A stretch of 64,000 nt of DNA from Candidatus Methanomethylicia archaeon (GCA_038845975.1 JAWBQF010000003.1:1-64000), one strand, 5' to 3'. Positions 42,233 through 54,659 are shown, counted from the first letter of the stretch. The notes: generated by a model not told the origin, from the sequence alone. Translations and numbers: made by a program.

Positions 42233-43387
42233 TTAAGTTTTAGTCTTAATGCTAACTTCTGATATTAAGAGTACTAATATACTAGCTGTAAATACTAGGA
42301 TTGATGGTGTTAGAAAGGCGTTCATGTAGTTTCCTGAATATTCTACTAGTAAGCCGAGAAGTAGTGGCCCTGTAAGATTACCTAAATCCATTCCCATCGT
42401 GTATATACTTGTAAGAAAGCCTATACTACTTCTTTGTCTTCCAAGAGCTAAAGTCTGAGCGCTAGGTATGAATATTCCTACTCCTACTCCAAATACTATT
42501 GAGGCCAAGTATAGATGTGGGGGAGTAATGAATATATAGATCATGAAAAATGAAAGTGAAATTATGAGTAGACTTAAATAAGTTGTTCTTTCAGGATACT
42601 TATCTGATAGCTTACCCCCGATAATTCTAAGTATTAGGCTTGATAGAGCTTGCAGACTGACAAAGAATCCTATTTCAATATCCCCATAACCTAAAAGCTT
42701 CAGATATGCTGATAGAAACGTTAATAGCCCCATCCAGGCTACTGCATATACTATAAGACTAAAAAACGCTGTTAAAAAGTATTTATCACTTAATCCTCTA
42801 ATAGATATTTCTTCCGGTAACTGTTTCCTAGTAGGATTTGAAGTTTGTATTAAGGGTATGAGTAGTAGTAGGAGTAGAGAAGCTATAATAAACGTCACTT
42901 TATAACTGAAAAACTGTGATATTACTCCTCCGAGACCAGGTCCTACAGTAAAGCCTATACCTACCATAAGACTCCTCCATCCCAGTGTTTCTCCTACCTT
43001 TCCATTCGGTGCAGAATCTACAGCGCTAGCAATCGATGATGGAATAAAGGACGCTACTGCAACTCCCTCTATAAGTCTAGCTATTATTATTGTAAATATA
43101 TTGGTTGAGAAGAATAGTAAAGCATAAGATACTGATGCTAGAATAACTCCGAGAAGCATAAGTGATGAACGTATCCACTTATCACTTAATACACCGAATA
43201 AAGGTCTTAGAGATATAGCAGTTATAGACATACTAGAAACAGCAATCCCTATCATTGAGGGAGATGCCTCTATCATCAATACATATCTTGGAATAAGCGG
43301 TATAACCATCTGGATGAAGGTAAAGAATAGTATTGTAGCAATATTTAACCTCCAAGTCGCAGAGTTTAAATAGATACTAAATCTCAT
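42233..43387 (-). CDS. MFS transporter
   Basis: 12 TM, G.LSDK motif A in both halves. Confidence 0.9.
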   Translation of the reverse strand: MRFSIYLNSATWRLNIATILFFTFIQMVIPLIPRYVLMIEASPSMIGIAVSSMSITAISLRPLFGVLSDKWIRSSLMLLGVILASVSYALLFFSTNIFTIIIARLIEGVAVASFIPSSIASAVDSAPNGKVGETLGWRSLMVGIGFTVGPGLGGVISQFFSYKVTFIIASLLLLLLIPLIQTSNPTRKQLPEEISIRGLSDKYFLTAFFSLIVYAVAWMGLLTFLSAYLKLLGYGDIEIGFFVSLQALSSLILRIIGGKLSDKYPERTTYLSLLIISLSFFMIYIFITPPHLYLASIVFGVGVGIFIPSAQTLALGRQRSSIGFLTSIYTMGMDLGNLTGPLLLGLLVEYSGNYMNAFLTPSILVFTASILVLLISEVSIKTKT

Positions 43388-43603
43388 AACTCTAAAATAT
43401 TATCTAAAGAGCTAGCTTTAAGCCTTATTTAAGCTTTTCTAAAGTAGCTTTATTGCTTAAGCTATCAACTCATATAATATCAATATTTAAGTTCATAAAG
43501 CCTATATTTCATGAAATGTATGCTTAAACTTTAAAGATATAATATGAGAATTTACAGTTAAGTTTATATATTGCCTAGGTGAAACCCAACTACTACAGAT
43601 AGG

Positions 43604-44089
43604 ATGAATAAAATGGAGAAGAGGAAAACTCTAAAAATTAGATGGCAACGGTTAGTACTTAAAGGGGAAACATGTTTAAGATGTAGGTTAACAGAAGAGG
43701 AGCTTGAAAAGGCTGTTTCTAGCCTTAAGCAATTTCTCACTCTACTGGGAATAGAAGTCATACTGGAAAAGAGTGAACTTTCCGTTGTAGAGTTTAAAAA
43801 GGACCCCTTACGATCTAACCAGGTTTGGCTTAATGATCGCCTACTGGAAGATTGGATTAATGGGAAAACTGGTCAGAGCCCATGTTGTGATGTTTGTGGC
43901 CCTTCCGAGTGTAAAACCGTTATTGTAGGAGAAGAATCTTACGAAGTAATCCCTGCAGAATTAATTATTAAAGCCGGTCTTCTTGCAGCTTTACAGCTAC
44001 TTGATGTAGAAATAAATAAATCATGCTGCGAAAATGAAATTTCAACAGCACCAGCTACAAGTTGCTGTAAAAGTAGACAAGCTCTTTAA
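43604..44089 (+). CDS. DUF2703-family thioredoxin-like protein
   Basis: IRWQRLV..GETC.RC..T, SN.VW.N...LEDW, CCDVCG..EC, YE.IP.ELI. Confidence 0.75.
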   Translation: MNKMEKRKTLKIRWQRLVLKGETCLRCRLTEEELEKAVSSLKQFLTLLGIEVILEKSELSVVEFKKDPLRSNQVWLNDRLLEDWINGKTGQSPCCDVCGPSECKTVIVGEESYEVIPAELIIKAGLLAALQLLDVEINKSCCENEISTAPATSCCKSRQAL

Positions 44090-44723
44090 GAAAGAATATT
44101 TTCTGAATTTATTCTTTAAAATATTTAGCTCTACTTAAAAGTACAGTTACTCCTAACTTCAATAAATCAAATTGACACATTAAGGAGTTTAGCTATTTTG
44201 AAGTATTAAATAAAGAATTAGTAATGCTGCCAACTTTAGTTACTTACTATGTTATGGAAAAAGTAAGCCAATTTAGAAGATAGTGTTGCAATAAATTCTT
44301 TATATTTTACTTATTGGTATGGTCTTTATTGAGATTGTAGTATTAAATAATAGTATGATATGTAGAAGCTTGAAAGCTTATTTTGACTAGGCTTAATATC
44401 TAGAATTCATTTAGTTATGTCAAGTTTAGATTGGCTTTAAGCTATATCTTGCCAAGTATTCTTAAATGATGGAGGAATTTAAAACTATTTTAAAACTATG
44501 TAAATAAGTATCCAGCTGTTAAAATAATACATTATACTTAACTCTAAAATCCAGTTAGACATATTCAGGTTTCTTAACTCTGTTATGATGTAGTAGTCTA
44601 AGTAAGTATTGAGTGTTGTAGTAGATTCTAAATTATGATGGCTGTATTGTTGAAGGCACTAGGAATATAGAGTGGATCTACATGTATTGGTATATTATTT
44701 GTGATGAAGCCTGCTTTCAGCTT

Positions 44724-46088
44724 TTACATTGATCTTTTAATTAGGTCCAGAGCTTTCTCATCTGCTTTCTTCATTATTTCTTCCTCATCTAGATGTATGC
44801 ATTTCCCATTTTTGACAAGTACTTTACCGTCAACAATAACTGTATCAACATTTAAGCCGCATGCTGAGTATACTATTGTAGAGTATATGTTATGGACTGG
44901 ATGTAGATATGGTGATTTCAAGTCTAGCAGGATAATATCTGCCTTTTTCCCCTTTTCTATATCCCCTATATCATTATTAATACCTAAGGCTTTAGCTCCA
45001 TTTATTGTTGCCATTTTTAGAATTTCTAAGCTACTTAAAGCTGTTGGGTCCAGATATTTTGCTTTCTGAATTATTGATGCAAATCTTAAGTCTCTAAGTA
45101 GATCTAGTGTATTGTTTGAGGCTGGGCCATCAGTTCCAATACCTACATTTATACCATGCCTTATCATTTCCCTAACTCTAGCAATCCCCTGAGCTAGTTT
45201 TGCATTCGATACTGGATTGTAAGCTATAGATACTTTCCTCTTAGCTAGTAGATCTATATCCTCCAACTCTAAATATATACAGTGAACTAGAGTTAATCTA
45301 TCATTTAATAGATTGATTTCGTCATATTTTTTAAGAGGATTTTCACCAGTTCTCCTCCATGTATCTTCAAGTAGTTCTTTCGACTCTGCATAGTGGAAAT
45401 GCACTGGTAAACCATATTTTCCAGAGTATTCCGCTATTCTTGCTAATAGTTCTGGTTGGACAGTATACTCTGCATGTGGACCTAGAGCTGTAAGTACTCT
45501 TCCATTTCCCCTACCTCTATTTTCAAGTGCAAATTTTAATCCCTCCTCTAAATCCTTTAATCCTCCATCAGGTTTACCAACCCCTATTATACCATGAGAT
45601 AATACTGCTCTAATACCTGTCTCCTCAACTGCTTTTGCAACCATATCCATATAGAAATACATATCGTTAAAACATGTAACTCCGGATTTCAGCATTTCAA
45701 TACATGCTAGCTTTGCACCCCAGTAAACATCTTCAGGTTTAAGATTAGCCTCTATAGGCCAGATAACTTCTCTAAGCCATCTATCTAAAGGAAGATCCTC
45801 AGCTACTCCTCGAAGTAAAGTCATCGGTGAATGCGTATGTAGATTTATTAATCCAGGCATTGCTACCATGCCTTTAGCTTCAATTATGGTTTCACCATGG
45901 TAACGACAATTCTCAATTCTACCGAAATCTAGTATTCGATCATCATTAATAGCGATAAATCCATGATCAATAACTCCACTATTAATAGTTGCAATTAAGC
46001 AATCTCTAATAAGAACATCAACAATTCCACTCATAAAAATCTTAAACTCAGATAAATAAATAGTTTTCCATAAGCTATAAGGCTCCAT
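44724..46088 (-). CDS. Amidohydrolase, MTA/SAH/5'-deoxyadenosine deaminase family
   Basis: PGLINLHTH, PHAEYT, HYAE, VHC, GTDGPASNN, GKKAD; start likely ~46034. Confidence 0.88.
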   Translation of the reverse strand: MEPYSLWKTIYLSEFKIFMSGIVDVLIRDCLIATINSGVIDHGFIAINDDRILDFGRIENCRYHGETIIEAKGMVAMPGLINLHTHSPMTLLRGVAEDLPLDRWLREVIWPIEANLKPEDVYWGAKLACIEMLKSGVTCFNDMYFYMDMVAKAVEETGIRAVLSHGIIGVGKPDGGLKDLEEGLKFALENRGRGNGRVLTALGPHAEYTVQPELLARIAEYSGKYGLPVHFHYAESKELLEDTWRRTGENPLKKYDEINLLNDRLTLVHCIYLELEDIDLLAKRKVSIAYNPVSNAKLAQGIARVREMIRHGINVGIGTDGPASNNTLDLLRDLRFASIIQKAKYLDPTALSSLEILKMATINGAKALGINNDIGDIEKGKKADIILLDLKSPYLHPVHNIYSTIVYSACGLNVDTVIVDGKVLVKNGKCIHLDEEEIMKKADEKALDLIKRSM

Positions 46089-46559
46089 AAATCTAGTAAT
46101 GTAGAATACATGTGGTTGAAGAGTTAATATTGTATGCTAACTATATACTAAGTTCATTAAGATTCTAGGTGTTGCCTAGCTTTCAAGCTTTCCCATATTT
46201 GGATTGATCTCCTATTAAAACTGTTAGTAAAGTTAGAAACCTGCAAGTTTTACGCCGGTTATGGCTGCAGTATTAATACTTAATGCTCGTAGATCTTCTT
46301 TTGATAGTTGATAAACGTTATCATGACCTAAAAGCATTGTAGGCATTTTAATTTCTTCAGTTGTGGGGAAATTGAAGAAATTTCAATTTCTCAAGCTTAG
46401 CACATAATACGTATGCTTCAATATTCTTTATTAAAGTCATAAAGTCGTATATTAGTAATATGATAAGAATATTGCTATACTACCCTATATGCTATAGTCA
46501 TTAACTATGTATATCTCCACATAAACTTACAGAGTTCCGTCTTTAGAGTTTAGATTAAA

Positions 46560-47738
46560 CTATTCTAAACGTTTATTTTTTCCAGTTTCTCTAACTGCTA
46601 GATTTAGTATTGTTGTTACTCCGGATATTATAGCAAGAAGTATTAGTGGTGGAGCTGGTGATCCCGTATTATCTATTAGGAAACCTACAATAACAGGGAA
46701 TAGGAAGGATCCTATATTACCAATTGAAGATATTAATCCAACAGTTCCACCTACAAGTCCGGAAAACTCTGAATGCTCTGTTGGTATAATGAGGGTTAAT
46801 GTTAAAATTCCCGATAAAGTAAACCCTACTACTAGTATAGATATCCATAGTAGTGTTCGGATGGTGTATGGGATAAGCGTTATGAATATTATGCTAGTAG
46901 CTCCAAGTATCCATATGAATGGCTTTCTTAACCCTATTTTATCAGATAATGTACCTATAACCGGTCCGGAAAGTAGGAATCCTAGCGGAAATATTGATGT
47001 AGTAATGCTTGCCTCCATAGCTGGTATTCCCTTAATTTCTAGTATGCTTGGAAGCCATGCTAGAATTGTATCGTAGCATCCCATTGAACATATACATAGC
47101 CCAGTTAGTATCCAGAGTTGTTTTAGTTTAATTAGGTTTTTAAATCTCCATTTAGGATGATTGCCTATATATGTTTTCCTTATTAGAATTCTCCTATCTA
47201 CTAGCCACCATAATACTGCTAGGGTAAGGCTCCATAATCCAAATATTTGAAATACTATTCTCCAATTTCCATTTAATGCTAGGAGTAGATAGGATGTTAA
47301 ACCTAATCCTGCAAGTTCACCAGCAGGAAATCCTGCAACATAGATTCCAGTAGCAAATCCTGTCCTATCCTGAAACATTACATTCACGATTTTAGCTAGA
47401 CATGGTAGAATAGCTGCAAATCCAGCTCCGAGAAGTAGCTGTGAAAATAGTAGAGTATAGTAGCCCTGGGAGAAGCCTCTTAGAAGACTAAAAACTCCAA
47501 TAAGTATCATAGCCATCTTTACTGTAGCCATAAAACCAATACAATCAATTATAAACCCCCAAGGTATTCGTAATAATATAACTGCTAAAATACAGATTGA
47601 AAATATAAATCCTGCTTCAGCATATGTTATTCCCATTTCTCTAATAACTAGTGGAATTATGGGTGAGTATGAAAATAGGAGGAGATGTAGAGTAAATGCT
47701 GTAAGGAAGGCCTGTACTAATATTATACTTCCAGACAT
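46560..47738 (-). CDS. MFS transporter (CynX-like)
   Basis: 12 TM, GTLSDKIGLRK. Confidence 0.88.
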   Translation of the reverse strand: MSGSIILVQAFLTAFTLHLLLFSYSPIIPLVIREMGITYAEAGFIFSICILAVILLRIPWGFIIDCIGFMATVKMAMILIGVFSLLRGFSQGYYTLLFSQLLLGAGFAAILPCLAKIVNVMFQDRTGFATGIYVAGFPAGELAGLGLTSYLLLALNGNWRIVFQIFGLWSLTLAVLWWLVDRRILIRKTYIGNHPKWRFKNLIKLKQLWILTGLCICSMGCYDTILAWLPSILEIKGIPAMEASITTSIFPLGFLLSGPVIGTLSDKIGLRKPFIWILGATSIIFITLIPYTIRTLLWISILVVGFTLSGILTLTLIIPTEHSEFSGLVGGTVGLISSIGNIGSFLFPVIVGFLIDNTGSPAPPLILLAIISGVTTILNLAVRETGKNKRLE

Positions 47739-47783
47739 AAGCTATAGAGTAGTATTGATATTTTAGTTGATTGATGGATGCTA

Positions 47784-48323
47784 TTATGCTTTAATATATT
47801 TAATGGTTGTAAATATTCTTCCTCCTGCATGATGAAGTATATTTGCCTCCATACTCCATACTTTATCTTTAAATAGCTCCTCCTCAGCATAGGCCTTCAC
47901 TACTTCAGCAATATATAATGCCTGCTCGTTAATTGTAATCTTATTTTTAACTTTACATTCCAAAACACCTATACAGTTCTCAATTACCGGCGGCTTAACT
48001 GCTTTAGCCTGAGTAAATGTTAAATTTAACAATTTAACTTTATCAGTTTTACCTCCACTCTTAGTCCCAGCTATCCAAACCTGTTTCAGCAGGTTTACTG
48101 ATGGTATATTAACTGTAAACTCACCTGTTTCATCTATTAATTTATGTGTATATCCCTTAAGCCATAGAGATATAGCTATTAATGGGGGGTCATCACTTAT
48201 AGGGGTAATCCATGAACATGCCATAACATTTACTTTACCACTTCTATCAGCTGAACATATGAGTACAACGGGACGTGGGTGGAGAAGCCTATACGATTCA
48301 GCGAGATCAATTTCAGTCTTCAT
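47784..48323 (-). CDS. Flavin reductase-like protein
   Basis: LHPRPVVLI, N.MACSW, GEFTVNIP, G..SG...DK, LEC. Confidence 0.9.
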   Translation of the reverse strand: MKTEIDLAESYRLLHPRPVVLICSADRSGKVNVMACSWITPISDDPPLIAISLWLKGYTHKLIDETGEFTVNIPSVNLLKQVWIAGTKSGGKTDKVKLLNLTFTQAKAVKPPVIENCIGVLECKVKNKITINEQALYIAEVVKAYAEEELFKDKVWSMEANILHHAGGRIFTTIKYIKA

Positions 48324-48758
48324 ATTTGTAAATAGTCTACAGAGAAATAAAAACTTAATGCTTAATGATGTTAGTATGATTAATTACGAAATCATTAATG
48401 GGGCTTAGAGATGTGGTAGGTAAGAGTTGTGAGAGGTCTTAATGAGACTTTATAAGCGTGATTTGTAAGTATGATTTACTAGACGGCGGAATCAGTTAAA
48501 CATGTAATGTGAGCATAGCTACAATACTTAAGGTTATGCATGTAGATAATGTCTAGAAGGATGATGCATAAATGCAGTATGATTGAGGATTAACTCAATA
48601 TATAAACTAATAGCTTTAATATATAGAATAATGTATCTAAGCTGATATGCTTTAAATTCCATGATCCTTAAGATTATAAACTAAAGTCTAAAATGGTTAA
48701 TATATGCTTTGGAGGCTTGAAGCTATAGTTGGATAGGTAAACATTTATTAGTCTAACT

Positions 48759-49391
48759 ATGGTTAGTATAGTAAAGGTTTAGCGATATTGATCGTTGGAG
48801 GAATACTGGTAGATGGTGTTAGTTTATGGTAGGAGGAAGACTGGTAAAGCTTCTTTATAAAGAACTATACGAAATGGGATAAATACTATTTTATTGGTAG
48901 GAGTGGGAATATATTTATTGATGATGAGAAGATAAGTTATGAAGCCTTTACTAGAGAGTTTCTTGATAGGCTTCACAGTATAGGTGTAAATGGAAGATTA
49001 ATAGCAGTAACCTCAACTCTCTGGTTTGCAAGGGAGCTTTTATGGAGGGCTTCACCTCTACCTGGTCTATTCTCGGAGTTTAAGGTAACTCCAATAGATG
49101 AAGGTGATATTCTTGTATTGTAAATATGTATGAATACATTAAGAACCTAAAGCTGCTTCTAGAGTATTCACTGTTTCTTAGGGAGCCTTGACTTATTTAG
49201 ATATGGGATAATGCTAAGGATTTCTTTAAGGCTCTACTGCAAACCATAAGGAATACTGTTCCCTCACTTATAGGTGAAATCTTCATTGAGGAAGAGAGGA
49301 CATATTCGCGAATATATGATACTGTGTTAAAGGCTATTGCTAACGGTAAGCAGATATCAACGGAAATGGCATCTTATCTATACTTGAGGAT
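48759..49391 (+). pseudogene. Archaeal ATPase pseudogene truncated by IS6
   Basis: LVYGRRKTGK Walker A, SPLPGLFSE, LIGEIFIEEER..SRIY fragments with stops; ends at the IS terminus. Confidence 0.7.
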
Positions 49392-50082
49392 GGCTTTGTT
49401 AACTTAAGCATGTTTATCACCTCTATTTTGGTATTGTATCTTCTATGAATTCTTAGCTTTTATCTTCCTTATCCATGTTTCGTTTAGCTATGCTATTGAC
49501 TTCATAAACATTAATGCCTGTTCATTACCGCGTTTATCCTCATGCACGGTATATAATTATCGAATAGCTTAGTTCTATCCTTAACATACTGTATTATTCC
49601 ATCCATTAATTCTAACCTCTAAACTATATCGTGTTTTAATATTCTCATGATGCTTATAGTATTGAGCTCCATCACTTAATACAACTATATTAACCGCAGA
49701 TAGCTCTAATCTTTTAAGGAATGTTAGTGATGTAAGCATGTTGCAACATCGCAAACCCATATGTAGAGAATCCTTCTCAATAATGGCTCAAACACAACAT
49801 AAATAACCTCCTCTTAAAACCTACTTATAATAGATCAACCATAATCCTAGCATCCCTCCCATCGAAATCAAATAGCTTAAGATAAACCACGATAATATAG
49901 ATACATAACCTAAAATAATAAAGCTTAGAATATCTGAAGCCATTCTAGATGAACGGAAATATATAAGTAATAAACAACTAGAGTAAATGAGGGTTCTCTC
50001 CCTACAAACCTAATAACTTTAGATATATCATCACCATAAATAGGGGAGGGAACTTCCAAATAAATCTAAAGTTAACAAAGCC
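49392..50082 (-). mobile_element. Decayed full-length IS6-family copy (691 bp)
   Basis: Both terminal IRs intact; colinear with 32244..32974 with many small deletions. Confidence 0.9.
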
Positions 50083-50162
50083 AGTATAAGCCACTCAACA
50101 ACTGCATCCCGATCTTCTTAATGTTTTTATAGTGATAAGTTAACAAAGCCAGTATAAGCCAC
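50069..50162. repeat. 26-bp exact direct repeat (IS end plus flank)
   Basis: aagttaacaaagccagtataagccac at 50069-50094 and 50137-50162. Confidence 0.9.
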
Positions 50163-50198
50163 GTTAGCTTTAAATATAGGTTTTAAAACTCATGCTGG

Positions 50199-51128
50199 GT
50201 GGTATTGATGATTGATGAAAAATTAATGAGTATGAAGGAAGCAATAGGAAAATATGTTCATGATGGTGATACTGTGTATATGGCTGGATTTACACATTTA
50301 ATCCCCTTTGCGGCAGGCCATGAGATAATTAGGCAGAGGAAACGTAATCTAACATTGGTTAGGCTTACTCCAGATTTAATTCATGACCAAATGATAGCTG
50401 CTGGCTGTGTTAAGAAACTTGTTTTTAGTTGGGCTGGAAATCCTGGAGTTGGGCCTCTACATGCATTTAGAAGAGCTGTTGAGAAGGGTTTTCCGAATCC
50501 TATTGAGATTGAGGAGTATACTCATTTCGCTTTAGTATCACGTATTTTCGCGGGGGCTATTGGTCTTCCATTTATCCCACTTAGATCACTCCGGGGAAGT
50601 GACTTACCGAAACACAATCCAAACATAAAATTTGTAAAGTCTCCATATAGTGATGAGGAGGTAGCTATTGTTCCCCCTCTAAACCCTGATGTATCTATTA
50701 TACATGCTCAAAGAGCTGATGTGGAAGGTAATATTCAGGTATGGGGGTTAATATGTGATATTAGGGAAGCAGCTTTCGCTGCAAAAAGAGTTATTGTAAG
50801 TGTTGAGGAAATAGTTGATGAATACATTATTAGAAGTGATCCGAACAAGGTTATAATACCTAGCTTTATTGTTGATGCAGTTATAGAGGAGCCGTGGGCA
50901 GCTCATCCATCTTACGTACAGGGATATTATGATAGAGATAATGAATTCTATCTTGAATGGGATAAAATATCGAGAGATCCTGAACTACTTGAGAAATACA
51001 TGGATGAATGGATCTATAATATTCAGAACCGTAGGGAATATGTTAGGAAGCTTGGTGCTGAAAAGATAATGAAGCTAAAGCCAAAAAGCTTTTATAGTGT
51101 AACGGTTAACTACGGATTATACTACTAG
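50199..51128 (+). CDS. Family I CoA-transferase subunit A (glutaconate CoA-transferase-like)
   Basis: GFTHLIPFAAGHEIIRQ, IHAQRAD..GN, AHPS...GYYDRD. Confidence 0.9.
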   Translation: MVLMIDEKLMSMKEAIGKYVHDGDTVYMAGFTHLIPFAAGHEIIRQRKRNLTLVRLTPDLIHDQMIAAGCVKKLVFSWAGNPGVGPLHAFRRAVEKGFPNPIEIEEYTHFALVSRIFAGAIGLPFIPLRSLRGSDLPKHNPNIKFVKSPYSDEEVAIVPPLNPDVSIIHAQRADVEGNIQVWGLICDIREAAFAAKRVIVSVEEIVDEYIIRSDPNKVIIPSFIVDAVIEEPWAAHPSYVQGYYDRDNEFYLEWDKISRDPELLEKYMDEWIYNIQNRREYVRKLGAEKIMKLKPKSFYSVTVNYGLYY

Positions 51129-51899
51129 GTGTATGTAATGGAGTATACAAAGGCAGAACTTATGGTAGTAGCTGCATCGAGAGAACTTCGAGATTATGAT
51201 GTGGTTTTTGTAGGTATTGGATTACCTAATCTCGCTGCAAACCTAGCTAAGAGAACTCATGCTCCACATCTAGTAATGATTTATGAGTCTGGAGTTATAG
51301 GTGCAAACCCTACAAGAGTACCTATCTCCATAGGTGATCCATGCCTGGTTTCCGGTTCTCAAAGTGTATGCTCCATATTTGATGTTTTCGCCTTCTATTT
51401 ACAGTCTGGGAAGATTGATGTAGGATTTCTTGAAGGAGCTCAAGTTGATAAATATGGAAATATAAATACTACAGTAATAGGAGAATATGTAAAGCCGAAA
51501 GTCAGATTACCGGGGAGTGGTGGTGGATGTGATATAGCTTCATTAGCTAAGAGAATCCTAATAATTATGCCTCATGAAGCCAGAAGATTCCCTGAAAAAG
51601 TAGATTTCATTACTAGTCCAGGCTTTCTCAGAGGGAAATGGGAGAGGAAGCAGCTTGGATTGAAGGGTGGAGGACCTGTTAAGGTAATTACAGATCTAGC
51701 AATTCTAGGATTTGATGAAGGGACAGGTGAAATGATACTTGAATCCATACATCCGGGAGTAACAGTAGAGGATGTAAAGAAGAATACTGGTTGGGATCTT
51801 AAAATATCAAGAGATCTAAAAACTACAGAAAATCCTTCAGAAAAAGATCTTCTAATTCTTCGGCGGCTTGATCCTAAAGGAGTATATCTAAGGAAATAA
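51129..51899 (+). CDS. Family I CoA-transferase subunit B
   Basis: FVGIGLP, IYESG (catalytic Glu), AQVDKYGNIN, RLPGSGG. Confidence 0.9.
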   Translation: MYVMEYTKAELMVVAASRELRDYDVVFVGIGLPNLAANLAKRTHAPHLVMIYESGVIGANPTRVPISIGDPCLVSGSQSVCSIFDVFAFYLQSGKIDVGFLEGAQVDKYGNINTTVIGEYVKPKVRLPGSGGGCDIASLAKRILIIMPHEARRFPEKVDFITSPGFLRGKWERKQLGLKGGGPVKVITDLAILGFDEGTGEMILESIHPGVTVEDVKKNTGWDLKISRDLKTTENPSEKDLLILRRLDPKGVYLRK

Positions 51900-52262
51900 G
51901 TAATAGTAGCTCTACCCTATCAATCACTCTATCAGCTATAATAATCTTTAAAGCAGCTACTAGTCTGCATTTAGGAATTCATACTGGTAGCTCTATACTT
52001 CTAGTAAGCTTTCTAAGTTTGTAGTATTGCTAATTGATCACCAAATAATCTACACATATCCTTAAAAGAAACAACTTAATACAACAAATACATGAACTAT
52101 TCCGGAATTGTAAATTATTAGTTCTCAACTCTAGTGAAGTAGGTTTATAAGCCTTATAGACTAAGTGAAGAGCTTGTAGAGATTAGGAATCCTTAACTTT
52201 AATTGTGGGGTATTAATGAATTTCATTATTTCTACTAGTTGAGCTTCAGCTATATTTACCTG

Positions 52263-53465
52263 TTAAGGAGAGAATCTGAAGGATACATGGGCTAGAAGGA
52301 AGATTATAGCAACTAGAGGAAACAAATGTATAAATCCATAGTTTTGAGCAATAAATGGTCCTAAATATGCTCCTATAGCTTGACCTAAACCTATAAAAAC
52401 ATTAAATAGACCTACCTTCCCTTGAGGAATGATTTCCATGGATAAAGAGAGAACACAAATATGATATAAAGCATAAGCAAAGCCCATTAATGCTAGAATT
52501 AGAGATGTTGAAATCACCGTGTAGATATTTACTACAATAAGAACCTCTAGAATAAAAATAAGAATACTTCTAAGCAATGTAGTTTTCAATATTATCATTC
52601 TCCCCTCCTGATATCTTGCTCTACTACTTGCTAGAAAGTATCCTATAACTCCTCCACTTGAATTTAAAACATATATTGTAAAAACCATACTTGTAGATAA
52701 ACTTAAATCTTTAGAGAGGAAGATAGGTAGAGGGGTAAATAGAGTACTTGTAGCTAGTGAAAAGAGAACTAGCCCTCCACAGAAAGCATAAATATTTCCT
52801 TCCATTAATTCTTTATTGGTTGAGAATCCGTCTAGAGTTCTTGCTGCAATAGCTATTCCTCTATATGTAAGATCTGCAACTCTCTCTATACGGAGAAATG
52901 TTCTCTCAAATACTAGAAAAGGATCAGTAATTAAAATTATAGAAGTGAGAAAAGCTAGAAAGTTTAAGCCACTACATATCATTAAGATTGTTTTTGTACT
53001 AAATTCAAAGAATGAGAGGAAAACTCCACTAAGTAGTCCAGTAAGCCATCCAATCTCAGTTAATCCCTCATAAATAGCATAAGACTTCTCCCACTCTTCT
53101 CTTGAGTAGAGTTCTGCTATCAATATGTTTTTAGATGGTTCATGAGCTACATGGAGGACATCCATAATTACATATAGAGCTATAAGTATGAGGATGCTTG
53201 ATGTAGTGGTAAGAAGATATAGTATGATAGAACATGATAAAAATGAAACTAGAATATAGAATTTATAATGCTTTGTCTTATCGCAAACATACCCCCAGAA
53301 AAAGGATGCAGGTATACTTAAAAGCAAAGCCGTAGAAGACATAACTCCTATACTAAGTAGTGATCCGCCAATGCTAATAATATATAAAGTGAAGAAGACA
53401 GAAAATAAGCCGAAAGCAACTTCATGAAAGAAAAATCCAATCTGCCACATATTAAGTAGGCTCAA
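52263..53465 (-). CDS. MFS transporter
   Basis: 12 TM, WGYVCDK motif. Confidence 0.85.
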   Translation of the reverse strand: MSLLNMWQIGFFFHEVAFGLFSVFFTLYIISIGGSLLSIGVMSSTALLLSIPASFFWGYVCDKTKHYKFYILVSFLSCSIILYLLTTTSSILILIALYVIMDVLHVAHEPSKNILIAELYSREEWEKSYAIYEGLTEIGWLTGLLSGVFLSFFEFSTKTILMICSGLNFLAFLTSIILITDPFLVFERTFLRIERVADLTYRGIAIAARTLDGFSTNKELMEGNIYAFCGGLVLFSLATSTLFTPLPIFLSKDLSLSTSMVFTIYVLNSSGGVIGYFLASSRARYQEGRMIILKTTLLRSILIFILEVLIVVNIYTVISTSLILALMGFAYALYHICVLSLSMEIIPQGKVGLFNVFIGLGQAIGAYLGPFIAQNYGFIHLFPLVAIIFLLAHVSFRFSP

Positions 53466-54235
53466 TACTATGTAGAATATTTACAGTAATACACTGTCAA
53501 TTTCAACTATTTCTATTATAAATTATCTCTTCATCCTCATAATTTAAAGCATTCATAAACAAATATTTATATCCCAAACTTGTCAGATAGCCTAAAACAT
53601 AAGTAAGGAATTTAGAAGTAGTCATTAATATAAAGTCAAGTAGACTAGTTGTAAATACATTTATGAAGATGTTAGTAATATATGAAATCATAATGACCAT
53701 ATTAATCCCTAGCATAAATTTTATAAGTTTCTTGTAAACAGCTCTTAAATATCTTTCTACTTTTTAAACTCTATAGATTTTAGGTATACATAGTTAATGA
53801 CTTAAATTCTAAGTTTAAATTTAGGGTTTTCTCCTATTAGCTATTTTGTTGCTACTTATTTAACTTATGAATGATTCATCACAACATCTTTAGCATTTAA
53901 AAATAATCTTCAGTAATTTAGAGTAAAGTATATTATAAAAATCTATATCCTGTATGCGAAATCTAATAGATAATACCGAACTAATTATGTTACTACATGT
54001 AGAGTATAGAATAAGTAGCATGAATATATGGTCCTAAATATCAATTTTAATGCTAGAATTAGCAGCTTGAGAATGCTTATTAAATTTTAGACTGTGGAGA
54101 CGTAGCTTAAGTTAAGCTCACTTTAATTTTATCCTTAATGTATATAGCTAAGTGTATTAAGAACAGCATTAGAGTAAACCTAGTTTAATGCTCCACACTA
54201 AACGATGTATTTCCTACTTTATACTTCGTGAAAAT

Positions 54236-54280
54236 GGACCTGCAACTTAGGAGGGAAGCTGCAATATGTTAAGTTGCTAC
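54236..54280 (+). repeat. ~45-bp inverted-repeat mini-element, copy A
   Basis: GGACCTGCAACTTA...TAAGTTGC; similar to 62237 and reverse complement of 63117-63164. Confidence 0.7.
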
Positions 54281-54659
54281 TTACTCAATTCTTGAAAAGA
54301 CTTAAATAGCCTTAAAGCTTATAATTATTGGAATGATGAGCTTATGCTTAAAGAATGATTAATGATTGTGGAGGTTTCGTCTGACCTAACCGCGATGTCA
54401 AGCTTCACATATTACAGCTTCAAAGCGTATTTCTTCAATTTTAAACGGTTTAACTTAGGATTATTAGTTTATTTTAGCTATTATCAGCCATTTAGATTAA
54501 TGATTAGTTTCAGATGGAAGGGTTATTTAGTTGTATTGATTTCATAGCTTAATATACTGTTTGTATTTCATTAGTACTATATTATAGCTATCTACTAGAA
54601 TTTCTCATTTATATAAAATTGGATTTATGAATTTCAGAATTAAGCCGTAAACGATTTTG

